DNA of 64,000 nucleotides from IMG/VR virus record IMGVR_UViG_3300041416_000287, positions 1 to 64,000 of that record; one strand, 5' to 3'. Shown piece by piece: positions 20,334 to 30,371 of this stretch (position 1 is its first letter; each line of letters starts with the position of its first letter). The notes under the pieces were generated by a model. It saw only the letters and a program-made list of their open reading frames with translations, ran no database searches and was not told where the DNA came from. The position numbers and the translations under genes were made by a program.

Positions 20334-20359
20334 AAAACATAGGTATGTACCTATGTTTT
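20334..20359. terminator. 3'-end hairpin of the helicase gene (12-bp stem)
   Basis: aaaacataggta-tg-tacctatgtttt. Confidence 0.6.
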
Positions 20360-20381
20360 TTTATATATGCTGCGGCTATAC

Positions 20382-22784
20382 CTACCAGAAGCCGGGGGCG
20401 CCATTCCACCCATCGTAGGGGTACTCACCCTCACTGTCGTCCGAGTCCACTTCCAGAACAGCGTACGGCGATCGGAACTTGTTCGGCTGAGCTGGTTGGG
20501 GAGCTGTTCGGGCCTGAACTGGTTGAGGAGCCATTCGTGGCGGAGCCAGCTCAAGAGTGACTCGCACCTGGGGAGGCCCGCGAGCGATTGGTTGTTCACC
20601 GCGAGCACGCACCACTGGCTGTTCACCGCGAGGGCGAATGACCGACTGCTCACCGCGGGCACGCACGACTGGCTGTTCACCCGCACGAGAGCGCATCACT
20701 TCGTACTCACCCTCGCGGGTCTCCTTCCGTTCGGGGGATGGGTTCTTGCGCTCGGGCGGCGGAGTCGACTGGTCCATAGCCTGAACCCATACCTCGTGGA
20801 TCGCAGCCGTTGAAGGAGATAGCGGCGGGATCGGGAACGGAACGCAGAGGTCAACGTATCCCATCGGATAGCCCTGTCGGGTGACAATCTCGTGCGTGGC
20901 CAGGGGAACAATGCGGCCACGACGAATGCGCTCGATGATGGAGATGCGACGGCGGTTGTCGAACACGTGCTTCACGCCAGTCTGAGGATGGCGCATCTCT
21001 CCATCGTAGTTCGGAGTCATCGCATTGTCCGCGTAGATCGCCTGAAGGATCGGAACCGCCGTCTGTATGGCCTCGGCCAAATCAAAGGGAGCCACATTCA
21101 CATCGATGCGACGGCGCACATAACCACGAACCGCCTTATAGGTCTGCGAGACGATTGACATCAACTCCCAGAACTGGCGCTGATGAACTGAGTTCTTCTT
21201 GGCCCACTCGCGATAGTGGATCTTCGACGGGTTGTCAGCGAGACGATAGTGCAGCCCCTCGGGGAGTGACTTCGTGAACGCGGCCCACATGTTCAGGTAC
21301 GTGTGCAGAGGCGTCTCTCCGATCCAGGCCTTGAAGGTCTTCTGGATGTACTCATCGCAGAAGATGTTGTACTCGAACGGTGTCATCTCCTTGCGCTTGC
21401 GAGGGAGCCAGAAGTATCCGATGGAGTGGGCATCGATAATGGAGGCAATCACCGCGCCCGGGTAGATCGGCTTGTCCTTCTCGATCCAGCGCCAGAGGAA
21501 GGCGGCATTGCGAACACCAAGCGGGACTGACGGGGCGAAGTCACCACAGGGCGTTACGATCAGCGTCCCCTGCTCTTCCTTCAGCATCTCGAGGCGCTTT
21601 AGCAGCTCCACGCTCTGGCGAACGCGATACGAGTCAATACCCACGATCGCTTCCACCGGATCAATGCCAGCCTTCAGGAACTCCATCACGACATTGTGCA
21701 GCGGGACGCGCTCGATCTCCGGGACTCGATGCGAATCGAGCAGCTCGAAGGCGGTCTCGTTGATGAGGCGGATGCACTTCCCAGGACGAGTACGACCGGC
21801 ACGGCCAAGACGCTGCTTAGCGCTGTCCTTAGTAATCTTAACCGTCTCCAGACGAGTAGCGCCGGAAGCGGTGGCCATGGCCTCCTTGCACAGCATGGTG
21901 TCGATGATCACCTCAACGCCATGGATCGTGATCGAGGACTCAGCGATGTTCGTGGCGACGATGACCTTGCGCTCGCCATTCGGAGCCGGATCATAGATCA
22001 TGCGCAGCTCATCAGAATCGAGGACCGAGTAAGCCGGAAGCACAATCGAATCCGACGCCTCATCGCGAATCTTCTGCACGAGTTCATCAGCCTCCCGCGC
22101 TCCAGGAACGAAGACAAGGAAGTCACCCTTGATGCGAGTATCGCGGTGTTGACTCATGATGACTTCAAGAGCGTGATCATAGAGCTGATCCTCCTCATCC
22201 GGGGCGTCGTAGACAACCTCCACCGGGAACGGAGTCGGCACTGGCACTGGGTACACGAACGCCTCCGGCTTCACTGGCATGTTCGTCGGCGTTGCGCTCA
22301 GCAGAAGAAGCTTGGGAACTGGAACTCCCAGCTTGTGCGCATACATCCACAGCGAGAGGATGACCGTGTTGTCAAGACTGCCAGAATGAGTCTCGTCAAT
22401 GACCAGGACGTCAGTGAAGTCAAGACCCGTGCGGCCACGAAGACCACCGCGGCCGAAGTAGCTGAGTAGCTTACGGCGCACATGGCCACTGGTCGCGTAC
22501 ACCACCGCAGTCGTATTATCGTACATCACATTACCCTCAGCTGCATAGCCAACCGAGAGATCTTTGTTCAGAGTGTGGAGGAAGTTGCACAGCGAAGTCG
22601 CGGCAACGCGCGTGGGGACTGCCACGAACACACGTTTGCCACTCTCAGCAAGAGCCTTGGGGATGCCAATGCTCTTGCCGCTACCAGTCGCTGCATTGAC
22701 CTGCGACACCAGGTTCTCTTCAATCACGGATAGGATCTTGGGGATATGTTCGGTAATGATCAGCTTCGTTGCAAGGGTATTCAT
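20382..22784 (-). CDS. DEAH/RHA-family RNA helicase
   Basis: AATGSGKS, DETH, SAT, FVPG, VATNIAESSITI, QRLGRAGR, HA2-like region. ATG at 22784 (the track starts at TTG 22823). Confidence 0.95.
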   Translation of the reverse strand: MNTLATKLIITEHIPKILSVIEENLVSQVNAATGSGKSIGIPKALAESGKRVFVAVPTRVAATSLCNFLHTLNKDLSVGYAAEGNVMYDNTTAVVYATSGHVRRKLLSYFGRGGLRGRTGLDFTDVLVIDETHSGSLDNTVILSLWMYAHKLGVPVPKLLLLSATPTNMPVKPEAFVYPVPVPTPFPVEVVYDAPDEEDQLYDHALEVIMSQHRDTRIKGDFLVFVPGAREADELVQKIRDEASDSIVLPAYSVLDSDELRMIYDPAPNGERKVIVATNIAESSITIHGVEVIIDTMLCKEAMATASGATRLETVKITKDSAKQRLGRAGRTRPGKCIRLINETAFELLDSHRVPEIERVPLHNVVMEFLKAGIDPVEAIVGIDSYRVRQSVELLKRLEMLKEEQGTLIVTPCGDFAPSVPLGVRNAAFLWRWIEKDKPIYPGAVIASIIDAHSIGYFWLPRKRKEMTPFEYNIFCDEYIQKTFKAWIGETPLHTYLNMWAAFTKSLPEGLHYRLADNPSKIHYREWAKKNSVHQRQFWELMSIVSQTYKAVRGYVRRRIDVNVAPFDLAEAIQTAVPILQAIYADNAMTPNYDGEMRHPQTGVKHVFDNRRRISIIERIRRGRIVPLATHEIVTRQGYPMGYVDLCVPFPIPPLSPSTAAIHEVWVQAMDQSTPPPERKNPSPERKETREGEYEVMRSRAGEQPVVRARGEQSVIRPRGEQPVVRARGEQPIARGPPQVRVTLELAPPRMAPQPVQARTAPQPAQPNKFRSPYAVLEVDSDDSEGEYPYDGWNGAPGFW
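20570..20700. repeat. 27-bp coding repeats (about 4-5 copies, RARGEQPVV-type) in the helicase tail
   Basis: Translation RAGEQPVV RARGEQSVI RPRGEQPVV RARGEQPIA. Confidence 0.75.
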
Positions 22785-22959
22785 CGGTATAAGTAGGTTA
22801 GTGGATTCGAGATTTGACGTCAAGAATAAGCGTATTGTACCTAGGGGAGATCTAAAGTTTTGCTATTTATAATCAGATTTGTAATAATGATGCCATATTC
22901 ATCCCCGTTGAAGTGATAAATTGATAATCTATTATAGTGATAATAGATTATAGGTATAA

Positions 22960-23280
22960 ATGGTTGAGGTCTATCGTGTGGATAAGGTGCCTGCGCACGG
23001 CAATTCTCATGCAGTTAACCGAGAGGAAATATGGTCAGTAGTCTTGGATCGGACCTTCTCCACTGAGCCCGAAGCTCGTGATTATATTATCACCATGAAT
23101 CGAAAGCATTGTGGCTATGAATTAGGGATTCAACACTCTACGAGTGTTGAAGGAATTGCGGCTCGTTGTTTAGATCCGATATGGTCCCATCACCAGAAGT
23201 ATTTCTTAGGTCGACCTGATATTCAGCAAATGCAAGAACAATTACGCCAGAATGTCATGACCGTATTAGGACGGATTTAA
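22960..23280 (+). CDS. hypothetical protein
   Basis: ORF with TAAATG start. Confidence 0.55.
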   Translation: MVEVYRVDKVPAHGNSHAVNREEIWSVVLDRTFSTEPEARDYIITMNRKHCGYELGIQHSTSVEGIAARCLDPIWSHHQKYFLGRPDIQQMQEQLRQNVMTVLGRI

Positions 23281-23724
23281 TGCACACTTTACCGCTTGGG
23301 GATACAGGTCAGTCAAGATCGCTGTGAGTTGTTGAGTGGCCTCCAGGGCAGAACTGTAATTCCACACCTTGGCTTTTGTCTGTCCCCCTGGGAAGGTTTG
23401 TATAAGATAGCCTTCAGGATCGATTTCATCAATTTCATGGAGCAAATGTAAAACAACTCCTCGCCACCAAAATAGGACGGCGTCATCAGTACAGATCATT
23501 TGAGGCTTAAATTCAGGATATAATTCTTTCTTACGTAAGAACCCCAATAGTTCAATAAGTTCGGCGGTTCGACCTAGCGACTTGACTCCTTTCTGCTGGT
23601 ATGTTTTCTGAAGGACTGTCCAGTCATCAGCAGATAACGATTCAAAGTGGGGTGTCTTTGAAAGCAAGGTCAGGGGTAAATTCTGGATAACTATGCGACT
23701 TATAATGTCAGTATAAGATTCCAT
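23266..23724 (-). CDS. hypothetical protein
   Basis: ORF with TAAATG start. Confidence 0.55.
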   Translation of the reverse strand: MESYTDIISRIVIQNLPLTLLSKTPHFESLSADDWTVLQKTYQQKGVKSLGRTAELIELLGFLRKKELYPEFKPQMICTDDAVLFWWRGVVLHLLHEIDEIDPEGYLIQTFPGGQTKAKVWNYSSALEATQQLTAILTDLYPQAVKCALNPS

Positions 23725-23761
23725 TTATGTAAGTTTTCAACTTACATGATTGTATAGTCAA

Positions 23762-24100
23762 TTATGACAGTGCGGCTTTACACTCTGTTAGGGCCGTTGC
23801 GATAGTCTCATAGCCGGTAAAAATATAATTATCAGGGTGTGTAAAAATTTGCAGGTAGATAGGGTGTAACTCTTCCATTCGAATAAACAGATGCAAGAAG
23901 ACTCGTTTAGTAGCTCCAGTTCCCACCCAGCCAAAAACTAAAGCTCGTTTAGTGTACCAAACTATCATAGGGGTCGGCATCTCCTCATCGACTCTCAAAA
24001 TATAATGTAAAATCCGGAAGAATCGAGTTCGTCCATAGTTAGTAAGGATCGTTCTCAGGGCCGGTAACATATATGATAGTAGCAATGATCCGGGCTCCAT
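23762..24100 (-). CDS. hypothetical protein
   Basis: ORF. Confidence 0.5.
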   Translation of the reverse strand: MEPGSLLLSYMLPALRTILTNYGRTRFFRILHYILRVDEEMPTPMIVWYTKRALVFGWVGTGATKRVFLHLFIRMEELHPIYLQIFTHPDNYIFTGYETIATALTECKAALS

Positions 24101-24146
24101 GTATTTCAGTCAACGGTAGAATATGTGTGAATCCTCACGCACATTC

Positions 24147-24896
24147 TTATTCTACTAACAGCTTCTCCGGCTCCTCCATCTGATTGATAATGATCCGATT
24201 CGCTGGGTCACAAGATCGGCAGCAAGGCCAATTTACGTAATAATATAGAATGAATCCGATTTCCCCAGTGAGCCCCGGGATCAGGAAATATAACCAATTG
24301 AATAGCCAATCAATCGAATCATGGAAGGTTACTTTCCACATGCCGTAATGCGCGAAAGCAAATGCATACAGAACTCGATAAAAGACTGAGGCGGTCCCCT
24401 GTAAATACAGACGGAAGACCCACCGTCGGTGCCGATCAAATTGTTTGTTCCATACGGTGTCTACGACCTGAAGTGCACATACGAACAACAGGACTCCAGC
24501 TACCGTGAAGGGGACGGTCATAGAATTACCTCCAACCGTTTCATTGAAATTCATGAATATGATTCCACACATCGAGGTCAGGACGGCTCCGATCACGAAG
24601 AGAATGCCGGTATAATGATGCACGCGTGTCTTCCACAAAGCATTAGTTAACTGGAACGGCGCAATGAGAATCATGATCGTTGCTCCAATGAAATGGCCAT
24701 ACATGAAGAGAGTCTGTGCCAAATCACAGCAAATGCCAGGAAGCAATCCCCATTCTTCATGTTTAGTAGCCGGGTAAACGGCATAAGCATAGATAATGTA
24801 GGTCAACAATCCCCAGGTAGCCACCGTCCATAATCCAACTAGAATCCCCACAACGACTTTGGCCATACACTTCACGACCGGATTTTTATTTGACAT
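24147..24896 (-). CDS. multi-pass membrane protein (DUF2306-like)
   Basis: HFIGATIMILIAPFQL, HHYTGILF and HRRWVFRLY match the DUF2306 pattern. Confidence 0.7.
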   Translation of the reverse strand: MSNKNPVVKCMAKVVVGILVGLWTVATWGLLTYIIYAYAVYPATKHEEWGLLPGICCDLAQTLFMYGHFIGATIMILIAPFQLTNALWKTRVHHYTGILFVIGAVLTSMCGIIFMNFNETVGGNSMTVPFTVAGVLLFVCALQVVDTVWNKQFDRHRRWVFRLYLQGTASVFYRVLYAFAFAHYGMWKVTFHDSIDWLFNWLYFLIPGLTGEIGFILYYYVNWPCCRSCDPANRIIINQMEEPEKLLVE

Positions 24897-24956
24897 GGAT
24901 CGGGATTTGTCTGGTAGACTCGAGCATCTTCCATATGATCACTTTTATAGCTGTGC

Positions 24957-25616
24957 CTAATGTTTAATTTGCTGTCTAGCCTCATGATAGGGGATGGCGT
25001 AGGCAAACACACAAATAGAGAAGAGTATAGCACCAATAATGGTACAAACGTGGAATAACTCATGATAACCCATATATTTGTCACAGGGTCGTGGTCTCCT
25101 AGTAATGTACATCATAGCTCCCGTGGTGTAAACAAGCCCGGCAATAACTGCCAGGTACGAACCATTTCCAACGCGATTCCCAGCTCGGGATAACCCTTCC
25201 AGGTCGAGAATCGGAGCCCATCCAACAATTACATAGGGAAGGCCAATGATAATGTTAGGTGCTTGTGTCCACAAAATTCGCAACATAACGCCGAGACTGA
25301 TTCCCACCATCAAGACATACTTAACAACCGGGTCGACATCGTACAATATCGTACGTATGGCTACATAATAAGTCGCCGCGAGTTTACTAAAGATCATGAT
25401 ATGATCGAAGGCCTGGGGATAGACCATAAGTTCGTCTGACCAATCTGGGAGATGTAAGAGAGCACTGGCGGCGAAATGGCCAATCACCGTCATAAGATAA
25501 ATCATCACTGGGGTCATCAAATCAGGAGGCGATAATGAGAATAACCATGGACTTATCACAAGATAGAATGTAGCGGCACTGAGGTGGAGGACTCCTTGAA
25601 ATAACGGGCGGGGCAT
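24957..25616 (-). CDS. hemolysin III / PAQR-family membrane protein
   Basis: About 7 TM; FDHIMIF, YTTGAMMY, YHELFHV. Confidence 0.85.
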   Translation of the reverse strand: MPRPLFQGVLHLSAATFYLVISPWLFSLSPPDLMTPVMIYLMTVIGHFAASALLHLPDWSDELMVYPQAFDHIMIFSKLAATYYVAIRTILYDVDPVVKYVLMVGISLGVMLRILWTQAPNIIIGLPYVIVGWAPILDLEGLSRAGNRVGNGSYLAVIAGLVYTTGAMMYITRRPRPCDKYMGYHELFHVCTIIGAILFSICVFAYAIPYHEARQQIKH

Positions 25617-25683
25617 TTAGTGTGAGATAATACACTGACAATCTGAATGTTAAATCAGTTCCTGTATTAGTATATTCCACAAA

Positions 25684-26370
25684 ATGGCCACTTCAAAGAT
25701 CGTAAAGGATGTCAAAATCGATCTGTATGGATTTCGCGGGCATAGATGGGTTCGAGTTCATGGCAACTGGGGTAAATGTTTCCATGCAGCCGTGGATGAT
25801 AATTTCACCCTTAACATGATAAGGAAATGCATCCCGATGTGGGGCGACCCAAATTATTGTGAGGATCTGTACGGTTATAAATTAGATTGTACCGATGCTA
25901 AGCAAATTGAGACATCGGCATGGTCACCTCCACTTCCTTATGGCGATGTTGAACTTTATTCGCTCGTGACTGCGGTTCTTGACTTGGCCACCGCTCTCAA
26001 TCTTGATACTGAAGTGATTAAGCGGGAATACTCGGTGAACGATATCCTTACGTTGATGGGCAATATCACTACTTCGGCAACCGAGCAACATCGCCTGTTA
26101 GAACTATTAAAGGGCAAAGATACCCATACATTACTGAAAGAGCTCGATGCCGCTAATCTACGGGCACAAGCATTGACGGGCGAGCTAGATAAGAATGCGG
26201 CTGCCCGTAAGAATCTTGGGTTGAAATTAAAGAAAGATCAGGAACGAATCGGGGCACTGGAGGCACTAATTAAGGCATTAGAGCAAGAGAATGCCCGTTT
26301 CCTAGCTGAGCGCGGGGATCATAAGAAGATGGTCCTAACTAAAATTCAGGGGGCTTTAGCATCGATGTAA
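25684..26370 (+). CDS. hypothetical protein with C-terminal coiled coil, paralog 1
   Basis: LYGFRGHRW, LPYGDVELYS, LLKGKDT, heptad tail. Confidence 0.7.
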   Translation: MATSKIVKDVKIDLYGFRGHRWVRVHGNWGKCFHAAVDDNFTLNMIRKCIPMWGDPNYCEDLYGYKLDCTDAKQIETSAWSPPLPYGDVELYSLVTAVLDLATALNLDTEVIKREYSVNDILTLMGNITTSATEQHRLLELLKGKDTHTLLKELDAANLRAQALTGELDKNAAARKNLGLKLKKDQERIGALEALIKALEQENARFLAERGDHKKMVLTKIQGALASM

Positions 26371-26439
26371 TGGTGAAAACAAATAATACGTTCACAATTT
26401 GAATACTATATTAGTTCCTTAACTAATATACTCCGTAAA

Positions 26440-27192
26440 ATGAAGACTCACCTGATGATGGACTACGTCCATATCTATTTATATGGATATCGGGGTCAGA
26501 AATGGATCAAAACCTACGATGATGGCAAAATATGGCATGAAGCATTCTTTGCCAAAGTTCCGGATGATTTTACCCTAGAGAGGGTGATTGGTTGCTATCA
26601 TAACTATAGCAAGCCCGACTATCGTGAAGGCTTACTGGGTCATATTGTGGCATATTGCACTGAGACCGAGAAATCAACACACAGTGAAGGTGAAACAGAT
26701 GAAACGGACGAGACGACAGAAACAGTTCGAACGTGGTCTTCAGAATCTCACCTTCCATTCGGTGATCCCGCGCTGTACAGCATTGTTGATAATATTCGGG
26801 ATCTGGCGCGATTACTCGGGCTTACCGAGAATGAATTCTTAGACGAATATTCAGTGAAAGCAATCAAGGAATTACTGGATCGTGTTTATGCTGAGACAGC
26901 GACTCGTTCTCGTCTCCTTGGCTGGTTGAAGGGGAAAGATACTTACTCACTATTGGAAGATGTCGATGCCGCTCATCTGCGATCTGAACAATTGAAGGCC
27001 GATCTGGCCAAGGAAAAGGCCATAAATCTTGATCTTAAGGAAAAGTTAGAAACCGCTCTTGGTCAAGTAAAGATGCAAGCCGAGCGGATCGAGTTTCATC
27101 AGGCTGAAAGTAATCGACTGCAAGCTCAGCATGATGGCTACAAGAAAGAACTCCTGAGCATAGTGCAGAACGCGATGACAGGATATCGGTAA
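26440..27192 (+). CDS. hypothetical protein with C-terminal coiled coil, paralog 2
   Basis: LYGYRGQKW, LPFGDPALYS, WLKGKDT, heptad tail. Confidence 0.7.
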   Translation: MKTHLMMDYVHIYLYGYRGQKWIKTYDDGKIWHEAFFAKVPDDFTLERVIGCYHNYSKPDYREGLLGHIVAYCTETEKSTHSEGETDETDETTETVRTWSSESHLPFGDPALYSIVDNIRDLARLLGLTENEFLDEYSVKAIKELLDRVYAETATRSRLLGWLKGKDTYSLLEDVDAAHLRSEQLKADLAKEKAINLDLKEKLETALGQVKMQAERIEFHQAESNRLQAQHDGYKKELLSIVQNAMTGYR

Positions 27193-27319
27193 CCATAGAG
27201 ATATATCCAAATAATTTCCCCTGAAATTATTTGGTAAGTTAACACTATCAGTAGCAACTTTAGTAGAAAATGACATAAACCTAACGATGTGGTGTGATTT
27301 TTTATTCTTTGGTATATAA

Positions 27320-28735
27320 ATGTCACACCACCGTAATAGGCGTGTACCGAATTGTAGTTCATGTGCCGCTGTCTTCCCACCTCGTTGCTCGGAGCACAGC
27401 CAAGCTACTGATGTAACAGGGCCAGAGGCCTGGAATCCCTGCCGCAGCTGCCAGCGTAACATCTGCGAATGCCGTCGCCGCGATGAATGCAGCGGTCGTT
27501 TCGATTGTCGTTGTGATAAGTGTGTTCGCCAAGAATGCAGCAGTCGCCCCGATTGCCGATGCGATCAATGCTGCCACAGCCGCAGCATAAGTGAACGCTG
27601 CAGTCGCCGTCCTGATTGCCGTTGCGATCAGTGCTGTCGCAGCCGAAGTGCGAGTGAGCGATGCGGCCGCCGTCCCGATTGTCGCTGCTCTCGATGCCGA
27701 GGCCAAAGTGCTAGCGAGATTTGCAATGGTCGTTCTGATTGCCACTGCCATCGATGCAGTAGCCGAAGTGAGAGTGGGCGCTGCAATGGACGACCGGATT
27801 GCCGCTGCCGCCGCTGCAAGCAACAAGAGTCATCAGCTGACGCTAGCGCTAGCGATGGTAGTGATGATGACTCTGGTGAGTCTGAGTCAAAGTCTGAGTC
27901 GCGCTGCGAATCGAAGTCTGGGTCCCGTTGTGAGTCAAAGTCCGAGAAGAAGCGTGAGCGTTGCAACAAATGCGATCGTCGTCGCTGCAAGTGCATAGAG
28001 ACTTTTGATAGCTTGCGCACTCGCTGTGGTTGTCTTGCGGCTAGGCTCACGAAGACCGCGGATCCAACCACATTCACAGGCGCCGGCCAGACTATTATCT
28101 ATACTTTCACTATTACCAATGTGGGGACGGCCATTATTTCCCATCCCATCCAGATTTGTGATAGTTTCTTGGGTGGCCAGTTCGTCTGCATCTTCCTACA
28201 CCCTGGACAGAGCCAGGAAATTACTCGCGTTTACACCACGACCCAGGCTGATGTCGAGCGAGGTGTCATTCACAACCAGGCGGTTGCTTTTATTCTAGTG
28301 TCCCGATGCAAGCGCGTTCGCACGAATTGCGCCGAGGCCACTATCACCTTCGGTAATGCTGATGTCTTTGGAACTATATCTCAGGTCATTAATGCTGCGG
28401 GAACCGGTGTCAATGTGACGGTCACTATTAGCAATTCCGCTCTAAGCTTGACTCCCGCTTTGGGAGTTAGTCTATTTCTTCCCTTCCCAGCCGGAATATC
28501 GTCTGGAATCGTGACAGCCGGGGCAGCAGTCAGCCCTGCTTCTGCGCCAGTTGTTGGCCCCGCCGGAGTCACTATCTCGGAGGCCAGCATCCCGGTCGGA
28601 ACGACTTACCAGTATAATTTCACTTATGGCCCCATAGCTGCCGGTGCCTATAACTGGACTGGAACCATTAGGACCGCCAGCTTTGATCCTATCCTCAGCA
28701 ACAATGGGGTCTCGAGTACTATCATCATCTCGTAA
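27320..28735 (+). CDS. Cys/Arg-rich repeat protein with C-terminal Ig-like (DUF11/DUF7507-like) domains
   Basis: About 6 CxxRxDCxCxxC repeats; LTKTADPTTFTGAGQTIIYTFTITNVG; IHNQAVA. Confidence 0.75.
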   Translation: MSHHRNRRVPNCSSCAAVFPPRCSEHSQATDVTGPEAWNPCRSCQRNICECRRRDECSGRFDCRCDKCVRQECSSRPDCRCDQCCHSRSISERCSRRPDCRCDQCCRSRSASERCGRRPDCRCSRCRGQSASEICNGRSDCHCHRCSSRSESGRCNGRPDCRCRRCKQQESSADASASDGSDDDSGESESKSESRCESKSGSRCESKSEKKRERCNKCDRRRCKCIETFDSLRTRCGCLAARLTKTADPTTFTGAGQTIIYTFTITNVGTAIISHPIQICDSFLGGQFVCIFLHPGQSQEITRVYTTTQADVERGVIHNQAVAFILVSRCKRVRTNCAEATITFGNADVFGTISQVINAAGTGVNVTVTISNSALSLTPALGVSLFLPFPAGISSGIVTAGAAVSPASAPVVGPAGVTISEASIPVGTTYQYNFTYGPIAAGAYNWTGTIRTASFDPILSNNGVSSTIIIS

Positions 28736-28817
28736 ACGACGTAAACGACATAAAATATGAATGCTAATGTTCATACTATGAACATTGTTCCAATCCCTCA
28801 AAGGGGATAGCTTTGAC

Positions 28818-29300
28818 ATGGCTGACATCGTAACTATCCCTCAGAGGGAATACCGCATGACGGACGCCGTAACCTTTCCCTGCGAATATTTATTCTTTAC
28901 TTCAGGGTATGAGGATCGATTACTGGAAGAAGACAAAGTAGAGGAATTGTCTCAATTTTGTGCCGCGAGGGGGATTATTCCAATCGCTTTATCTCTGACC
29001 AGGGGTCGGATGCGAGTAATTCCCGTTCGAAATGGTCGAATTGATATGACCGTTAATCCGACCGACGAGGAAACCACGTCAGCTTTCATTGTAGTTACTC
29101 GAATTGAGGGAAATGGCCTTGCGCTTATGGGAGGAATTATCTTCCGTGTCGGTAATTTCGAGAATGCCAGTAAAACCTTCTTATCCATGAGTGAATTGAA
29201 TTACTGCTATATTTTCGGCATCGACTCCATTAAATTCTTGGCTAATACCGAAAGGGCGATTGAAATAGTTGTCGTGAAGGCTGATGCCGAATCTGGTTAA
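28818..29300 (+). CDS. hypothetical protein
   Basis: ORF; ATG at 28818. Confidence 0.55.
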   Translation: MADIVTIPQREYRMTDAVTFPCEYLFFTSGYEDRLLEEDKVEELSQFCAARGIIPIALSLTRGRMRVIPVRNGRIDMTVNPTDEETTSAFIVVTRIEGNGLALMGGIIFRVGNFENASKTFLSMSELNYCYIFGIDSIKFLANTERAIEIVVVKADAESG

Positions 29301-29375
29301 AATCCGGAGGATTTCCCAAATAGCTTCCATGCCTCTTAAATAAAGATTCGTGACCTCACGAACCTTTGATAGGTA

Positions 29376-29537
29376 TCATATCCAATGTTCCACCGCAATA
29401 ATCCCTAATCCGATCGCCAGGACAACGGCGAACACTCCATGGATATAGAGACTACCCTGTTCTAGACGTTCAACCTCCTCATCGGAGACAAATCCTCGTA
29501 AGTTGGGAAATGTCATTTCCACTATCATAATGTCCAT
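29376..29537 (-). CDS. 53-aa single-TM micro-protein (below ORF-track cutoff)
   Basis: MDIMIVEMTFPNLRGFVSDEEVERLEQGSLYIHGVFAVVLAIGLGIIAVEHWI; TAAATG start; ttcgtga/tcacgaa hairpin downstream. Confidence 0.5.
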   Translation of the reverse strand: MDIMIVEMTFPNLRGFVSDEEVERLEQGSLYIHGVFAVVLAIGLGIIAVEHWI

Positions 29538-29564
29538 TTAGGTATAATATTTAATTAGTGCTAA

Positions 29565-29903
29565 TTAATTAGTCCGATACGAATGGCCAAGTAAATGGAC
29601 CGTGATTGATCTGTCCGGCTCTTCGATAATGTCGCCATGCTGCGGGGGATCGATGACACAACGATACGGGTTGCGCACCCCATAGATAATATGCTCTTGG
29701 CCAATAATCGCGGAAAGACTGTAGAAAAGCTTGTTATAGTCCCCACTACCATCATTCCTGAATTGGAGCGTGATCTTATATTTGTACTCTTGATAACGGC
29801 TTATGCTTTCGTGGGTGGAGTGAGCGCTAATTAATGTGTATCCATCCACTTGGTGTCCTTGAATCAAACCAAATCCAGAGAGAAATTCAGCGGCGTGAGG
29901 CAT
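29565..29903 (-). CDS. hypothetical protein
   Basis: ORF with TAAATG start. Confidence 0.6.
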   Translation of the reverse strand: MPHAAEFLSGFGLIQGHQVDGYTLISAHSTHESISRYQEYKYKITLQFRNDGSGDYNKLFYSLSAIIGQEHIIYGVRNPYRCVIDPPQHGDIIEEPDRSITVHLLGHSYRTN

Positions 29904-29927
29904 TTACAACAGATTTACTATCCTAAA

Positions 29928-30257
29928 CTATTCTTCTCGAATTATTTTCCAATTTGTTCCGTCACTCTTCAGTATTAATGTCTTCACTTTACCCTGATTT
30001 ACTCGCGCATGAGGGGGCAGTCCGAAGATAATAATATCAGCGTCATTGATCAAAGTCGTCTCTGAGAAAAGAGAGATCGTATGTGTGTCCGCTGAGACTT
30101 TTGTGATTATGAGAGTTTCTTTTGGGGAGTGAACTGGCCCTGGTTTCATGAAAATAGTAACTGGACCTTTTGATGTATCAACTTCGATGAGACCAGAAAA
30201 CAGAGGAACTTCTCGAGATTCCGAGATACGAACACTAACAGGGTGTGCCGACATCAA
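29928..30257 (-). CDS. small beta-rich domain resembling modules in virion fibre proteins
   Basis: VDTSKGPVTIF...LILKSDGTNWKII pattern (recognised from memory). Confidence 0.5.
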   Translation of the reverse strand: MMSAHPVSVRISESREVPLFSGLIEVDTSKGPVTIFMKPGPVHSPKETLIITKVSADTHTISLFSETTLINDADIIIFGLPPHARVNQGKVKTLILKSDGTNWKIIREE

Positions 30258-30371
30258 TTTAGTAAATTTGGAGAAACTTATAGGTTAACTTTAGTACTGT
30301 TTTGGCGACTGGTAATTTGATAATTTGACAAGTTACCAAAGCAGTCTAAAGTCCGTTGATGACAGGAAAAT

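Noticed and set aside
20345-22872. Numerous overlapping ORFs within the helicase gene
   Set aside because: GC-rich antisense or alternate-frame shadows with no recognisable motifs.
27359-28077. Ala-rich alternative ORFs over the Cys-rich gene
   Set aside because: Frame and antisense shadows of the TGC/CGC-rich repeats.
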